From NCBI RefSeq assembly GCF_046313735.1, contig NZ_JBKBXW010000011.1, positions 6,292-70,291 on the forward strand: a stretch of 64,000 bases of DNA, in the 5' to 3' direction. The position numbers and the translations under genes were made by a program. The stretch is from Hyphomonas sp. (lineage in GTDB: Bacteria; Pseudomonadota; Alphaproteobacteria; Caulobacterales; Hyphomonadaceae). Below, in pieces: positions 8,801-20,404 of the stretch. Each line of letters starts with the position of its first letter. The first letter of the stretch is position 1. Under the pieces are notes generated by a model. The model did not search any database, was not told where the DNA came from, and saw only the letters and a list, made by a program, of their open reading frames with translations.

Positions 8801-9784
8801 ATGACAGAGCCGACACATCCGATCGTTCGCGACCAGCCGCCGGAGATCCCGTCTGAAGGCGGGCCGCTGGCAGAGTTTGGCGGCGCGCTGCCGCCCGCGC
8901 CCGGATGGTTCCGGGAGGCAGTCGCTGCGCCGTATGAGACAGCCTCTGTGGATGTGAAGGGCGCGAAGGTGACCTATCAGCGCTGGGGCAGGCGCGGGGC
9001 ACCGGGGTTGTTGTTTGTGCATGGCAATGGCGCGCATGCCCACTGGTGGGACTTCATCGCGCCCTATTTTGCCGAGCACTACAATGTGGCGGCGCTGAGC
9101 TTTTCCGGCATGGGCGAAAGCGACTGGCGCGACGCCTATGACATGGACACCTTCGCGCTCGAGGAAGTCGCCGTCGCCGAACATGCGGGCCTGTTCGATG
9201 GGCCGCGCAAGCCGGTAATTGTCGCGCATTCCTTCGGCGGCTTCGTGACGCTGGTGACCGGGGCGAAGCATGGCGCCCGCTTTGCCGGCATGGTGATCGT
9301 TGACAGCCCGGTGAACCCGCCCGAGCGCCCGCGCAATGGTCCCTCGCGCAGCGGCCGGCCGCACCGGGTGTATCCGGACCTGACGGCGGCGCTGTCACGC
9401 TTCCGGCTGGCGCCGCCGCAACTCTGCGAGAACCTCTTCGCGCTGGACTATATCGCCCGCTGGAGCCTGAAGCGCGCCGAGGGCGGCTGGACCTGGAAGT
9501 TCGATCCGTCGATCTGGACGCGGTTTGACGCCAACATGGACTCCTCGGAGATGCTGAAAGCGGCGCAATGCCGGATCGCCATTATCCGGGGAGAAGAAAG
9601 CGCGCTGATGCCCGATGATGTCGGCGACTATATGCGGGCGCTGCTGGGCCATCAGGTGCCGTTCGTGTCGATCCCCCATGCGCGCCATCATGTGATGCTG
9701 GATCAGCCGGTGGCCTTCATCTCCACGCTGCGGATGCTGCTGGCCGAATGGGACCATTCCGAGCCGCACCGGGCGCTGCCATAG
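8801..9784 (+). CDS. Alpha/beta fold hydrolase
   Basis: HGNGAH oxyanion region, AHSFGG nucleophile elbow, HHVMLDQP. Confidence 0.88.
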   Translation: MTEPTHPIVRDQPPEIPSEGGPLAEFGGALPPAPGWFREAVAAPYETASVDVKGAKVTYQRWGRRGAPGLLFVHGNGAHAHWWDFIAPYFAEHYNVAALSFSGMGESDWRDAYDMDTFALEEVAVAEHAGLFDGPRKPVIVAHSFGGFVTLVTGAKHGARFAGMVIVDSPVNPPERPRNGPSRSGRPHRVYPDLTAALSRFRLAPPQLCENLFALDYIARWSLKRAEGGWTWKFDPSIWTRFDANMDSSEMLKAAQCRIAIIRGEESALMPDDVGDYMRALLGHQVPFVSIPHARHHVMLDQPVAFISTLRMLLAEWDHSEPHRALP

Positions 9785-9881
9785 ACCGGCCATAATCGCG
9801 CGGCAGGGGGCGGAGATGAGCGCTTGATCCTGCAATCGGGGTGGATAGTCTGCGCGCGGACACGGCGGAGAGGGACACGTC

Positions 9882-10757
9882 ATGACGAGAGCGACACTCG
9901 ACGAAACGACACATAATTCGGCCATCGAAGGGTTCATCGAGCGGCCGCTGTTCCGCGACACGATCATGTTCCTCATCGTCGCGAACGCGCTGGTGCTCGG
10001 CGTCCTGACCTACTCGGAGGAACTGCCGGAGCCGCTGGTGACGGCGCTGATCATGTTCGATACGGCGGTCACCTGGGTGTTCGTTACCGAGATTGCGCTG
10101 AAGCTGTTTGTCTATCGGCTGCAATTCTTCAAGCTTGGCTGGAACTGGTTCGATTTCATCGTGGTCGGCATTTCGCTGATCCCGGGCGGATCGGCCTTCA
10201 CGGTGCTGCGGGCGCTGCGCGTGCTGCGGGCCCTGCGGCTGCTGCATGTGATCCCGACGATGCGGCGGATTACCGAGGCACTGCTGAATGCGCTGCCGGG
10301 CATGGGGGCGATCCTCGCGATCCTGGGCCTTGTCTTCTATGTGTCGACGGTGATGGCGACCTACCTGTTCAGCGGGTCGGAGAATACCGACAATTTTGCT
10401 TCGCTCGGCGCCTCGGCGCTGACGATGTTCGAGGTCCTCACCATGGAGGGCTGGAACGAGATCATGCGCGAGCTGCTGGATGAATATCCCTTCGCCTGGG
10501 TGTTCTTCATCCCATTCATCCTGTTCACGGTCTGGGCGATCCTGAACCTGTTCACCGCCGTGATCGTCGACGCGCTGCAGGACAGTGCGCTCGAGACAAT
10601 GCGGGAAGCCGAAGAGAAGATGGAGGAGAAATTCGAGGAAAAGCTCGAGGCCGAGATCGGCGCGCAGGAAGCGCAGGAGGTGATCCGCCACCGCGAGTTG
10701 ATGAAGACGCTTGCCGAGTTGCGCGCAGAAATCGAGACGCTGAAAGCGGGCCGCTGA
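9882..10757 (+). CDS. Voltage-gated cation channel (BacNav-like, 6TM)
   Basis: WNWFDF (S3), S4 RALRVLRALRLL, pore filter TMEGWNE, LNLFTAVIV and a C-terminal coiled coil. Confidence 0.92.
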   Translation: MTRATLDETTHNSAIEGFIERPLFRDTIMFLIVANALVLGVLTYSEELPEPLVTALIMFDTAVTWVFVTEIALKLFVYRLQFFKLGWNWFDFIVVGISLIPGGSAFTVLRALRVLRALRLLHVIPTMRRITEALLNALPGMGAILAILGLVFYVSTVMATYLFSGSENTDNFASLGASALTMFEVLTMEGWNEIMRELLDEYPFAWVFFIPFILFTVWAILNLFTAVIVDALQDSALETMREAEEKMEEKFEEKLEAEIGAQEAQEVIRHRELMKTLAELRAEIETLKAGR

Positions 10758-10780
10758 CGCGGCGGCTTCCAAACGCCGGA

Positions 10781-11602
10781 TCAGCCCGCGAAGGCTTTCT
10801 CGATGACGAACTCGGCCGGGGCCGCGTTCGAGCCCTCGGTGAGGCCGGCCTGGATCATCAGCGCCTTCACGTCCTGGATCATTTCCATGGAGCCGCAGAT
10901 CATCGCGCGGTCGGTGGCCGGATCGAGCCGCGGGACGCCGAGATCCGCGAACAGCTTGCCATTCTCGATCAGCGTCGTGATACGGCCCATACGCTCATGA
11001 TGCTCGCGGGTCGTGGATGTGTAGAGGGTGAGCTTGCCTTCGACCATTTCGCCCACGAGCGGGTCGCTGGTCAGGCTGTCGATCAGCGTGCGGGAATAGG
11101 TGAGTTCGGCGACATCCCGGCAGGTATGGGTGACGATGACCTGTTCATAGCGCTCATAGGTATCGGGATCGCGCACGAGGCTGGCAAAGGGGGCAAAGCC
11201 GGTGCCGGTGGAGAACATGTAGAGCCGCTTGCCGGGGGTAAGGGCGTCGAGCACGAGCGTGCCGGTCGGCTTGCGGCCGAGAAGCACCTTGTCGCCGGGC
11301 TGGATCTTCTGGAGGCGCGAGGTCAGCGGGCCATCGGGCACCTTGATCGAATAGAATTCCAGCTCCTCATCCCAGGCAGGGGAGGCGACGGAATAGGCCC
11401 GCAGCAGGGGTTTGCCGTCTTCCTTCGGCAGGCCGATCATCACGAACTCGCCCGAGCGGAAGCGGAAGCTCTGCGGGCGGGTTGTCCGGAACCGGAACAG
11501 CCGGTCGGTGTAATGTTCGACGGAAAGGACGGTTTCCTCGGTCGGGCCGTTGGGATTGGCCTTTGCCGGTGCGGCCTGTCCTGCGGATGCGTCGGCGCTC
11601 AT
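10781..11602 (-). CDS. fpr: Ferredoxin--NADP+ reductase
   Basis: FRSGEFVMIG, RAYS, GPLTSRL, TGTGFAPF and MICGS motifs. Confidence 0.93.
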   Translation of the reverse strand: MSADASAGQAAPAKANPNGPTEETVLSVEHYTDRLFRFRTTRPQSFRFRSGEFVMIGLPKEDGKPLLRAYSVASPAWDEELEFYSIKVPDGPLTSRLQKIQPGDKVLLGRKPTGTLVLDALTPGKRLYMFSTGTGFAPFASLVRDPDTYERYEQVIVTHTCRDVAELTYSRTLIDSLTSDPLVGEMVEGKLTLYTSTTREHHERMGRITTLIENGKLFADLGVPRLDPATDRAMICGSMEMIQDVKALMIQAGLTEGSNAAPAEFVIEKAFAG

Positions 11603-11679
11603 GCCACTGCCTTCTGGTCGCTTGCTCGGGCGTCAGTTGACGCGGGCGGCGGGCAAAAGCAATGCGTCAGATGAACGGT

Positions 11680-11826
11680 TTAGATTTTCTCAATCGCGGC
11701 CGGGGGTGTCTCAGCGCTGGCGCGCGGCGTGGCGAGGGAGCCTGCGAGGATCAGCGCGAGGCCAAGCAGGGCGATTCCGGCCGCAAGCGGCAGGTGGGTG
11801 CGGGATTCTTTCAGTCTTATCGGCAT
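11680..11826 (-). CDS. Small 48-aa protein with one hydrophobic segment
   Basis: GGAGG RBS just before ATG 11826; MPIRLKESRTHLPLAAGIALLGLALILAGSLATPRASAETPPAAIEKI. Confidence 0.55.
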   Translation of the reverse strand: MPIRLKESRTHLPLAAGIALLGLALILAGSLATPRASAETPPAAIEKI

Positions 11827-11942
11827 GAATGCCTCCGGATCGCTTTCCTGAGCCGGTACAGGATCGCACCTGAACGCGGCCAGAACAGGCTGGTTTGGGG
11901 GCATCCCTGCGAAAATTGTGCCGGGAATGGGGCCTGGCCGCG

Positions 11943-12530
11943 TCAGTCAGGGCGTTTGCGTCCCATGCGTTCTTCCCAGTGCCGGCGGCAGAGGGAGACA
12001 TAGGTGGCCTTTTCGATGGCGATCTGGTCGCCTTCTGTCAGGGCCTTTCCGTCCGGGCCGAGACGGACGACCATGGTGGCCTTGCGGCCGCATTCGCAGA
12101 TGGTGCGCACTTCGCGCAGGGCGTCCGCGATGGCAAGCAGGGCAGCGGATCCCTCGAACAGCTCGCCGCGGAAATCCGTGCGCAGACCATAGGCGAGGAC
12201 CGGAATGCCGATATGATCGGCAACACGGGCAAGCTGCCAGACCTGTTCGCGGCTGAGGAATTGGGCCTCGTCAACGAAGACGGCATCGAGTCGGCCGGAT
12301 TCCTTGTGAATGCGGATGAGGCTGAAAAGGTCTGTTTCCTGCGTGTAGAGCGTTGCATCAGCCGAGATTCCAATCCGTGAGCTGATCTTTCCGGCCGGGT
12401 CGTCCTTATACAGGGCAGAGGTCAGGAGGAGGACCTCCATGCCCCGTTCGCGGTAGTTATACGCCGCCTGCAGGAGGTTGGAGGACTTGCCCGCATTCAT
12501 GGCGGCGTAGGAGAAGTAGAGCTTGGCCAT
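11943..12530 (-). CDS. tdk: Thymidine kinase
   Basis: MAKLYFSYAAMNAGKS, VDEAQFL, YGLRTDF, CECG and YVSLCRRH. Confidence 0.95.
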   Translation of the reverse strand: MAKLYFSYAAMNAGKSSNLLQAAYNYRERGMEVLLLTSALYKDDPAGKISSRIGISADATLYTQETDLFSLIRIHKESGRLDAVFVDEAQFLSREQVWQLARVADHIGIPVLAYGLRTDFRGELFEGSAALLAIADALREVRTICECGRKATMVVRLGPDGKALTEGDQIAIEKATYVSLCRRHWEERMGRKRPD

Positions 12531-12555
12531 TGGGCGGGGTCCGGGGATTGGCAGG

Positions 12556-14340
12556 TCAGCGCAGCGACAGGGCGGCGCCTTCGCGCCGGGGGTCGGCGGC
12601 GCCTTCAAGGCCCATCTCGCGCACCACGATGACGTGCAGGCCGGAATTCTCGCCGGTGCGTTCCTCCACCGTATAGCCCAGCCCGCGCAGCGTCTCGGCC
12701 ACTTCGGGTCCGCCCTCGACATCGATCTCCACGCCGATGCTGTTGCCGCGGGCGATGATGTTCGGGAAGGCTGCCGCTTCCTCGGCGGTGAAGCCCCATT
12801 CAAGGATGCCGACAAGGGTCTTGGCGACATAGGCGATGATCGAATTGCCGCCCGGCGAACCGGTGACCATGAACAGGTCGCCGGCCTCATCGAAGACAAT
12901 CGTCGGCGACATGGACGAGCGCGGGCGCTTGCCGGCGGCGGGGGCGTTGGCGACGGGTTTGCCGTTCACTTCCGGGGTGAGCGCAAAATCGGTCAGCTCA
13001 TTGTTGAGCAGGAAGCCGCCCGCCATGCGGGACGAGCCGAAGGCAGCTTCGATCGTTGCGGTCATCGAGACGGCGTTGCCATCGAGGTCGATGATCGAGA
13101 GATGCGTGGTGCCGGCGCCGGGCGTGGTGGGGTCCTCGCCCCACATCGGGCGCAGCGGTTCACCGCCGAGGACGATCCCGGGATCGCCGGGGAACACGCG
13201 GCCATCGGGCGCAAAGGCCTGTGCGGCGCGGGCGCGCACATAGGTCGGGTTCATCAGTTCCTGCACGGGGACGGGAACGAAATCGGCATCGGCGACATAA
13301 TGGTCGCGGTCGGCATAGGCGAGGCGCTGGGCATCGACGAAGGCCTTCAGGCGCAGCGCGTGATCTGCGTTGAGGCGGGCAGACGGTTTCAGAAGGTCAT
13401 ACAGGCCCATGATCATGCCCTGTGCGATGCCGCCGGAGCTGGGCGGCGGGGCCGAGCAGAGCCGGTAGCCGGACTGGATCTTCGCGCAGACCGGCTCGCG
13501 GATTTTCACCTGGTAGGCGGCGAGGTCCTCCAGCGTCATCGCGCCGCCGTTGGGGCCCTCATTCGCGGCGGCCACGATCTCTGCGGCAATGCTGCCCGTG
13601 TAGAAAGCCAACGGGCCATCCTCGGCGATGGCGGCGAGGGTTGCGGCATAGGCGGGGTTGGTGCGGCGGAAGCCGGCGGGCAGGGGCTGGCCGTCCGGAT
13701 AGAAATAGGCGGCGGTGACCGGGTTGTCGTCGAGCCGGATCGCGGCGCGCAGGCGCGGGTTGGCCAGCACGTCGGCAAGGCGCGGCGAGACGGCGAAGCC
13801 GTTTTCTGCAAGTTCAATAGCCGGTTGGAACAGGCTCGCCCAGGGCGCGCGGCCGGCGGATTCATGCGCGGCCTTGTATAGGGCAATCTGTCCCGGCACG
13901 CCGACCGAGCGGCCCGATTGCCAGGCTTCGATGAAGCCCATGATCTCGCCATCATCCTTGCGGAACAGGTCCGGCGTGGCGGCGGCCGGGGCGGTCTCGC
14001 GTCCATCGAATACAGTGATTTCGTCCTTCGCGCGGTCGTAATAGACAAGGAAGGCGCCGCCGCCGATGCCGGAGCTCTGCGGCTCGACGAGGCCGAGCAC
14101 CGCGTGCACCGCGATGGCCGCGTCAATCGCATTGCCGCCCTGACGCAGAATGGCGAGCCCCGCCTCGACCGCGCGCGGGTCTGCAGCGGCGACCATGGCG
14201 CCTTTCGTCCAGGCTGCCTCACTCGCGCTCGCCTCGGGATAGGCGGCGCGGCGTGTGTCATTGCCGGAAACTGGCGCAGGCGGCGGCGCGCAGGACGCAA
14301 ATGTGAACGCGGCGAGCACAAGGGCGGGCAGAAGGCGCAT
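12556..14340 (-). CDS. ggt: Gamma-glutamyltransferase (lipoprotein)
   Basis: VEPQSSGIGGG, DGRETAP, catalytic TTHLS, LNNELTDF, KRPRSSMSP. Confidence 0.93.
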   Translation of the reverse strand: MRLLPALVLAAFTFASCAPPPAPVSGNDTRRAAYPEASASEAAWTKGAMVAAADPRAVEAGLAILRQGGNAIDAAIAVHAVLGLVEPQSSGIGGGAFLVYYDRAKDEITVFDGRETAPAAATPDLFRKDDGEIMGFIEAWQSGRSVGVPGQIALYKAAHESAGRAPWASLFQPAIELAENGFAVSPRLADVLANPRLRAAIRLDDNPVTAAYFYPDGQPLPAGFRRTNPAYAATLAAIAEDGPLAFYTGSIAAEIVAAANEGPNGGAMTLEDLAAYQVKIREPVCAKIQSGYRLCSAPPPSSGGIAQGMIMGLYDLLKPSARLNADHALRLKAFVDAQRLAYADRDHYVADADFVPVPVQELMNPTYVRARAAQAFAPDGRVFPGDPGIVLGGEPLRPMWGEDPTTPGAGTTHLSIIDLDGNAVSMTATIEAAFGSSRMAGGFLLNNELTDFALTPEVNGKPVANAPAAGKRPRSSMSPTIVFDEAGDLFMVTGSPGGNSIIAYVAKTLVGILEWGFTAEEAAAFPNIIARGNSIGVEIDVEGGPEVAETLRGLGYTVEERTGENSGLHVIVVREMGLEGAADPRREGAALSLR

Positions 14341-14424
14341 AGGGCAGTCAACTCCTCAGATTGGCGAGGCGCCCTGTTGGCCTTAAAGGTCAGGGCAGAA
14401 TCTCGCGAGGTGAGGGCACATAGC

Positions 14425-16442
<2,018 letters not shown>

Positions 16443-16697
16443 CCGGCGCAGCCATCCCGTTTGTCCATCCGCCAGGGTTGGCGGTGTTGCCGGCTGCGGC
16501 AGGGTTGGACCCGTCGCGCCTGCTGCCCGGGCGCCGTTCGGCGCTACCTGCAGATGTTGTTTTTCCCGGGAGGACCGTCAAGTTCAGGGTCGCGAAACCC
16601 AGTGGGCGCGCCCCGCTGCATATGGGGCGCAGGGCAAAGCAATTGAGGCTTGCAAGCCGCCGGGGCCGCCTGTATGTGTCCCGCTCCTAATGGCCAG

Positions 16698-16774
16698 GCA
16701 CCCGTAGCTCAGCTGGATAGAGCACCAGACTACGAATCTGGGGGTCAGGAGTTCGAATCTCTTCGGGTGCGCCA
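16698..16774 (+). tRNA. tRNA-Arg (ACG)
   Basis: GCACCCG acceptor stem, D-arm, anticodon loop CTACGAA, GTTCGAATC T-loop, encoded CCA. Confidence 0.97.
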
Positions 16775-16789
16775 TTTTTCCTGCAGGCT

Positions 16790-17473
16790 TCACAGTTCCA
16801 TGACGGTCAGGTGGCCGGTGTAGACGGCGCCGGTGTCGATCCAGTTGAGGCCGTTGCGGCTCAGCGGGGCGGCGAGAGGGGTGTGGCCCATATAGAGGCG
16901 CGCCAGCGGGGGCGGGAGCAGGCCGGGATAGTCGAAGCGGCGCTGGTCGAGGATCTCGCGGTCCCACATTACGTGTGAGCAGGCAGTACGAAGGGCGAAG
17001 GTGTCTTCATCCCAGCGGGCCGGGGGCGCGGCATGGGTGATGCCTATGAGCCCGGCCGGATGGTCGATCTCGATGGCCAGCGGGAGGCTGGCGAAAGCCT
17101 CGGCCACCAGGTTTCTTGCATCCGGGTCATCTTCATGGGCGCGCCACCAGGTGCCGCCATTCGCCAGCCATGCGCGCACGCCGCAATGGCTTTTGCCCAG
17201 CACATGCTGGAACATCATGTCCTCATGATTACCGGCAACGCTGAAGAACCAGGGCTCACGGATCAGTTCGAGGCAGGCGAGGCTGTCGGGCCCCCGGTCC
17301 ACAAGGTCGCCGACAGCGAAGAGACGGTCCTTGTGCGGATCGAACCGGGCGCGGTCGAGGGCGTCCATCAGGAGGGTGTATTCGCCGTGAATGTCGCCCA
17401 CGGCAAAGTCGCGCCCGCAGGCATTTTCAGGGACTTTGAGGAGGAGGGGGCCGGCCGGGCGGAGAGGTGACAT
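16790..17473 (-). CDS. PPP-family metallophosphoesterase (PphA/lambda phosphatase-like)
   Basis: GDIHG, GDLVDRG, GNHE, GHTP, IDTGA. Confidence 0.9.
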   Translation of the reverse strand: MSPLRPAGPLLLKVPENACGRDFAVGDIHGEYTLLMDALDRARFDPHKDRLFAVGDLVDRGPDSLACLELIREPWFFSVAGNHEDMMFQHVLGKSHCGVRAWLANGGTWWRAHEDDPDARNLVAEAFASLPLAIEIDHPAGLIGITHAAPPARWDEDTFALRTACSHVMWDREILDQRRFDYPGLLPPPLARLYMGHTPLAAPLSRNGLNWIDTGAVYTGHLTVMEL

Positions 17474-17536
17474 CTGCCTTTCGTATAGCAGAAACCGGCC
17501 TTCCCGGGAATGACCGCGCGGCAGCGTGCCGGCTGT

Positions 17537-19318
17537 TCAGGCCGCGCTCGCAGGCTGGGCTGACAGCAGGCTGGAAAAGCTGTCTGCGCTCGCCGGGGCG
17601 CCGAACAGGAACCCTTGCAGGAACCGGCAGCCAGCCTCTTCGAGGAAATCTGCCTGGGAGGGGTGTTCGACGCCTTCGGCGATCAGTTCGGCAGAGACGA
17701 CGCCGGCGAGCTGGCCCAGCGAGACGATCAGGCGCGTTGCCCGGTCATCGCGGCCCATGGCGCCGATCAGCGACCGGTCGATCTTGATACGGTCGACTGG
17801 AAGGTCGAGCAGGGCGCGAAGGTTGGAGTAGCCTGTGCCATAGTCGTCCAGCGCAATGAGGACCCCGGCATCCTTCAGTGTACGGATATTCACGAGGGCG
17901 CGGTCGATGTCGTGGATGATGACAGATTCAACAATCTCGATACAGATCGTCTCCGGCCGGATCCCGGCCCGCCGCAGGATACGCAGGACCTGCTCCGCAT
18001 ATCCCGGCCGTACAATCTCGAGGCCGGAGGTGTTGAAAGAAAGGAAGCGGAGCGCGCCGGACGCCAGCCAGGGGCGGGCCAGCTCGGAGGCACGCCGCAA
18101 CAGGCCAAGGTCGAGGGTTGAGATGAGGCCGCAATCCGTGGCGACGGCGACAAACTCCTCGGCTGGAATCGGGCCCAGGACGGGATGGGTCCAGCGGGAG
18201 AGCACTTCTGCGCCCGCAATCCGGCGGGTCGCGGAATCGACGATCGGCTGGAAAACCGGCACGATCTCGCCGCGCGTAAGAGCGAGGCGGATGTCGTTCT
18301 CCAGCATGTTGCGCCGGTGCGTGCGGATCGACAGCCCGGCATCGAACAGGACGAGTTGCTCACGCCCCTGCCGCTTGGCCTCGAGAAGGGCGGTGTCCGC
18401 ATGGAGCATCAGGCGTTCGGGGCTGCTCGCATCCAGTCCGAATACGGACAGTCCGATCGAGCCGGACACATGGATCAGCTTGTCGCCATGACGCACCGGG
18501 CGGAACAGCCGTTTCCTCAGGCGGCTGACGGACTCGGCGAGAATATGCGGCGCGACCCGCTGGTGACGGAACAGGATGGCGAATTCGTCGCCGCCCATCC
18601 GGGCAGGGCTCAGCACATCCGGCCAGGCAATCAGGCGCCGCGCCAATGTGCGCAGGATTGCGTCGCCCGCCTTGTGGCCGAATCTGTCATTGATCGTCTT
18701 GAACCGGTCGAGATCGAGATAGGCCAGGCAGATCAGGTGTTCTGTGTCCTCCGGCCAGCCGGCGATTTCCCGCAAGTCCTCGTCGAAGCCGTTGCGGTTG
18801 CGTAGGCCGGTTGCAGGATCTGTTCGCGCCGCCTTGTATGCCGCGGAGTTTGCAAGTTCGGCGAGTTCAAGTTTTTTCCGGAGCACTTCGGTCTGATCGC
18901 CCTTGATCCGGGCGATCAGGCGTTGAGCCGCTTCCATCCGCTCGATGGCGTCCTGGGCATCGAGCGGCGCAGTGCGGGAGCCGGGAATGGCGCTGATGAC
19001 CACACAGGCAATCAGGTTTCGGCCGGATTTGAGGCGCACGGGGTAGCGAAGGGTCAGGAGTGCGGTGCCGTTGAGCAGGGTTTCTTCATCCAGGCTGTCC
19101 TTGCCGCGCAGCACCCGCTGCTCAGCCGCCCGGATGCGCTCGACGCAGTCCGGCAAAAGGAACGAGTCCGGCGACCCCGGCGCCGCCTCGATGCCCTCGA
19201 CCAGCCCGCGCATGGCGGTGTTCATGAACAGCCACTGATGATCAGCGTCCCGCGTGAAGATCGGGAATGGCAGCGCATCGGCGAAGGCCTGCAGCGGCTC
19301 GAGCGAGGGGCTGGTCAT
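17537..19318 (-). CDS. PAS-GGDEF-EAL diguanylate cyclase/phosphodiesterase
   Basis: DLDRFKTIND, GGDEF, EVL, DDYGTGYS, EGVE, QGF; PAS-like N-terminus. Confidence 0.92.
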   Translation of the reverse strand: MTSPSLEPLQAFADALPFPIFTRDADHQWLFMNTAMRGLVEGIEAAPGSPDSFLLPDCVERIRAAEQRVLRGKDSLDEETLLNGTALLTLRYPVRLKSGRNLIACVVISAIPGSRTAPLDAQDAIERMEAAQRLIARIKGDQTEVLRKKLELAELANSAAYKAARTDPATGLRNRNGFDEDLREIAGWPEDTEHLICLAYLDLDRFKTINDRFGHKAGDAILRTLARRLIAWPDVLSPARMGGDEFAILFRHQRVAPHILAESVSRLRKRLFRPVRHGDKLIHVSGSIGLSVFGLDASSPERLMLHADTALLEAKRQGREQLVLFDAGLSIRTHRRNMLENDIRLALTRGEIVPVFQPIVDSATRRIAGAEVLSRWTHPVLGPIPAEEFVAVATDCGLISTLDLGLLRRASELARPWLASGALRFLSFNTSGLEIVRPGYAEQVLRILRRAGIRPETICIEIVESVIIHDIDRALVNIRTLKDAGVLIALDDYGTGYSNLRALLDLPVDRIKIDRSLIGAMGRDDRATRLIVSLGQLAGVVSAELIAEGVEHPSQADFLEEAGCRFLQGFLFGAPASADSFSSLLSAQPASAA

Positions 19319-19848
19319 GCAGGGATGCTTTCGCGGCCATTGCCATACAGGCGTTCGATGAGTTGCGAAGCGACTTGCGAGAAGCGCCAGAGCTTGCGGC
19401 GGGAAGCGAGGTCAAAGCCGCGCGGAATGTCGTGCAGAAGGCAGAAACTGCCAATCCGGTAGCGATTGCCGATCAGCAGCGGGGCGCCGGCATAGAAGCG
19501 GATGTGCGGAGCATTGGTGACCAGCGGGTTGCGGGCGAAGCGGGCGTCTTCGAGCGTGTTCTCGACGATCAGAAGGCGTTGGCGCTGGATGGTATAGTGG
19601 CAGAATGCAATGCTTCGGGCCGTCGAGCGCACGGGCAGGCCGTGATTCGACTTGATCCACTGCTGAGAGACATCAATCAGGGTGATCAGCGCAATGCTGA
19701 CGTCAAAATGCTCCGCAGCGGCGCAGGTCAGCGCATCCAGCCGTTCGTCAGGGTCCGTGCCGCATACTTGAAGGCTGTTCAGGCAGGCGATGCGCTCCGC
19801 CTCGGCAGCCGCCTCCTCAGTCTTAAGGGGAGCGGTCTGCGCGCTCAC
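19315..19848 (-). CDS. Stand-alone GAF domain protein
   Basis: EAERIACL, AFCHYTI, DARFARNPLV, IRFYAGAPL; ATGA overlap with the GGDEF-EAL gene. Confidence 0.87.
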   Translation of the reverse strand: MSAQTAPLKTEEAAAEAERIACLNSLQVCGTDPDERLDALTCAAAEHFDVSIALITLIDVSQQWIKSNHGLPVRSTARSIAFCHYTIQRQRLLIVENTLEDARFARNPLVTNAPHIRFYAGAPLLIGNRYRIGSFCLLHDIPRGFDLASRRKLWRFSQVASQLIERLYGNGRESIPA

Positions 19849-20020
19849 GGCGCAGTGCCGCCCAAAGCCGCGTGAGTGTCCACGATGCTGGCTCCAAAGC
19901 GCATCGGCGCCACCTCCATCTGCTAGAGGGAGTATGACTGAGGCACCAGTCGGGTTCCATGCCAGATTACTATTTTAGAAGGAATTTCTGTCAACCAAAG
20001 TTAACGGGTGTTAACCCTGT

Positions 20021-20404
20021 TCAGCGCCGTCGACTGGCGGGATTGTCGCCCATGCCCGAGATAACACCCGGCACGAACAGCGAGCACCGGGCTGTTGGCG
20101 CGTCCTCGGCTTCTGGCGGCGCCGGAACGAATTCCGCCCCGACAAGATCGCCGCGCTGCCAGCGGCGTTCACAGAAGTGGCGCTCCGGCTTGCCGGTATT
20201 CGGGTTCAGAATGAGGAGCTCGAACGCACGCGGCACCGGCATCGCGGCTTCGAGCCTCAGTTTGGCGCCGCCATCGGAGATGTCGCGAAGCGTAGCGTTG
20301 TAGCTGCTCAGGCCCCTGTTGAAGATGATGCGGGCCGATTTGAGCACGCGCTGCCGCCGATGCGCGCGGGGTGCTTCGCAAGGGGCTTCGGCAGGGTCAC
20401 TCAT
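20021..20404 (-). CDS. PilZ domain protein (c-di-GMP receptor)
   Basis: RAHRR (RxxxR) and DISDGG (DxSxxG) motifs, then W...VGAEF. Confidence 0.85.
   Translation of the reverse strand: MSDPAEAPCEAPRAHRRQRVLKSARIIFNRGLSSYNATLRDISDGGAKLRLEAAMPVPRAFELLILNPNTGKPERHFCERRWQRGDLVGAEFVPAPPEAEDAPTARCSLFVPGVISGMGDNPASRRR

Noticed and set aside
10203-10247. 9-bp periodic repeat (GTGCTGCGG/GCGCTGCGC)
   Set aside because: Explained by the RxxRxxR coding pattern of the channel S4 helix.
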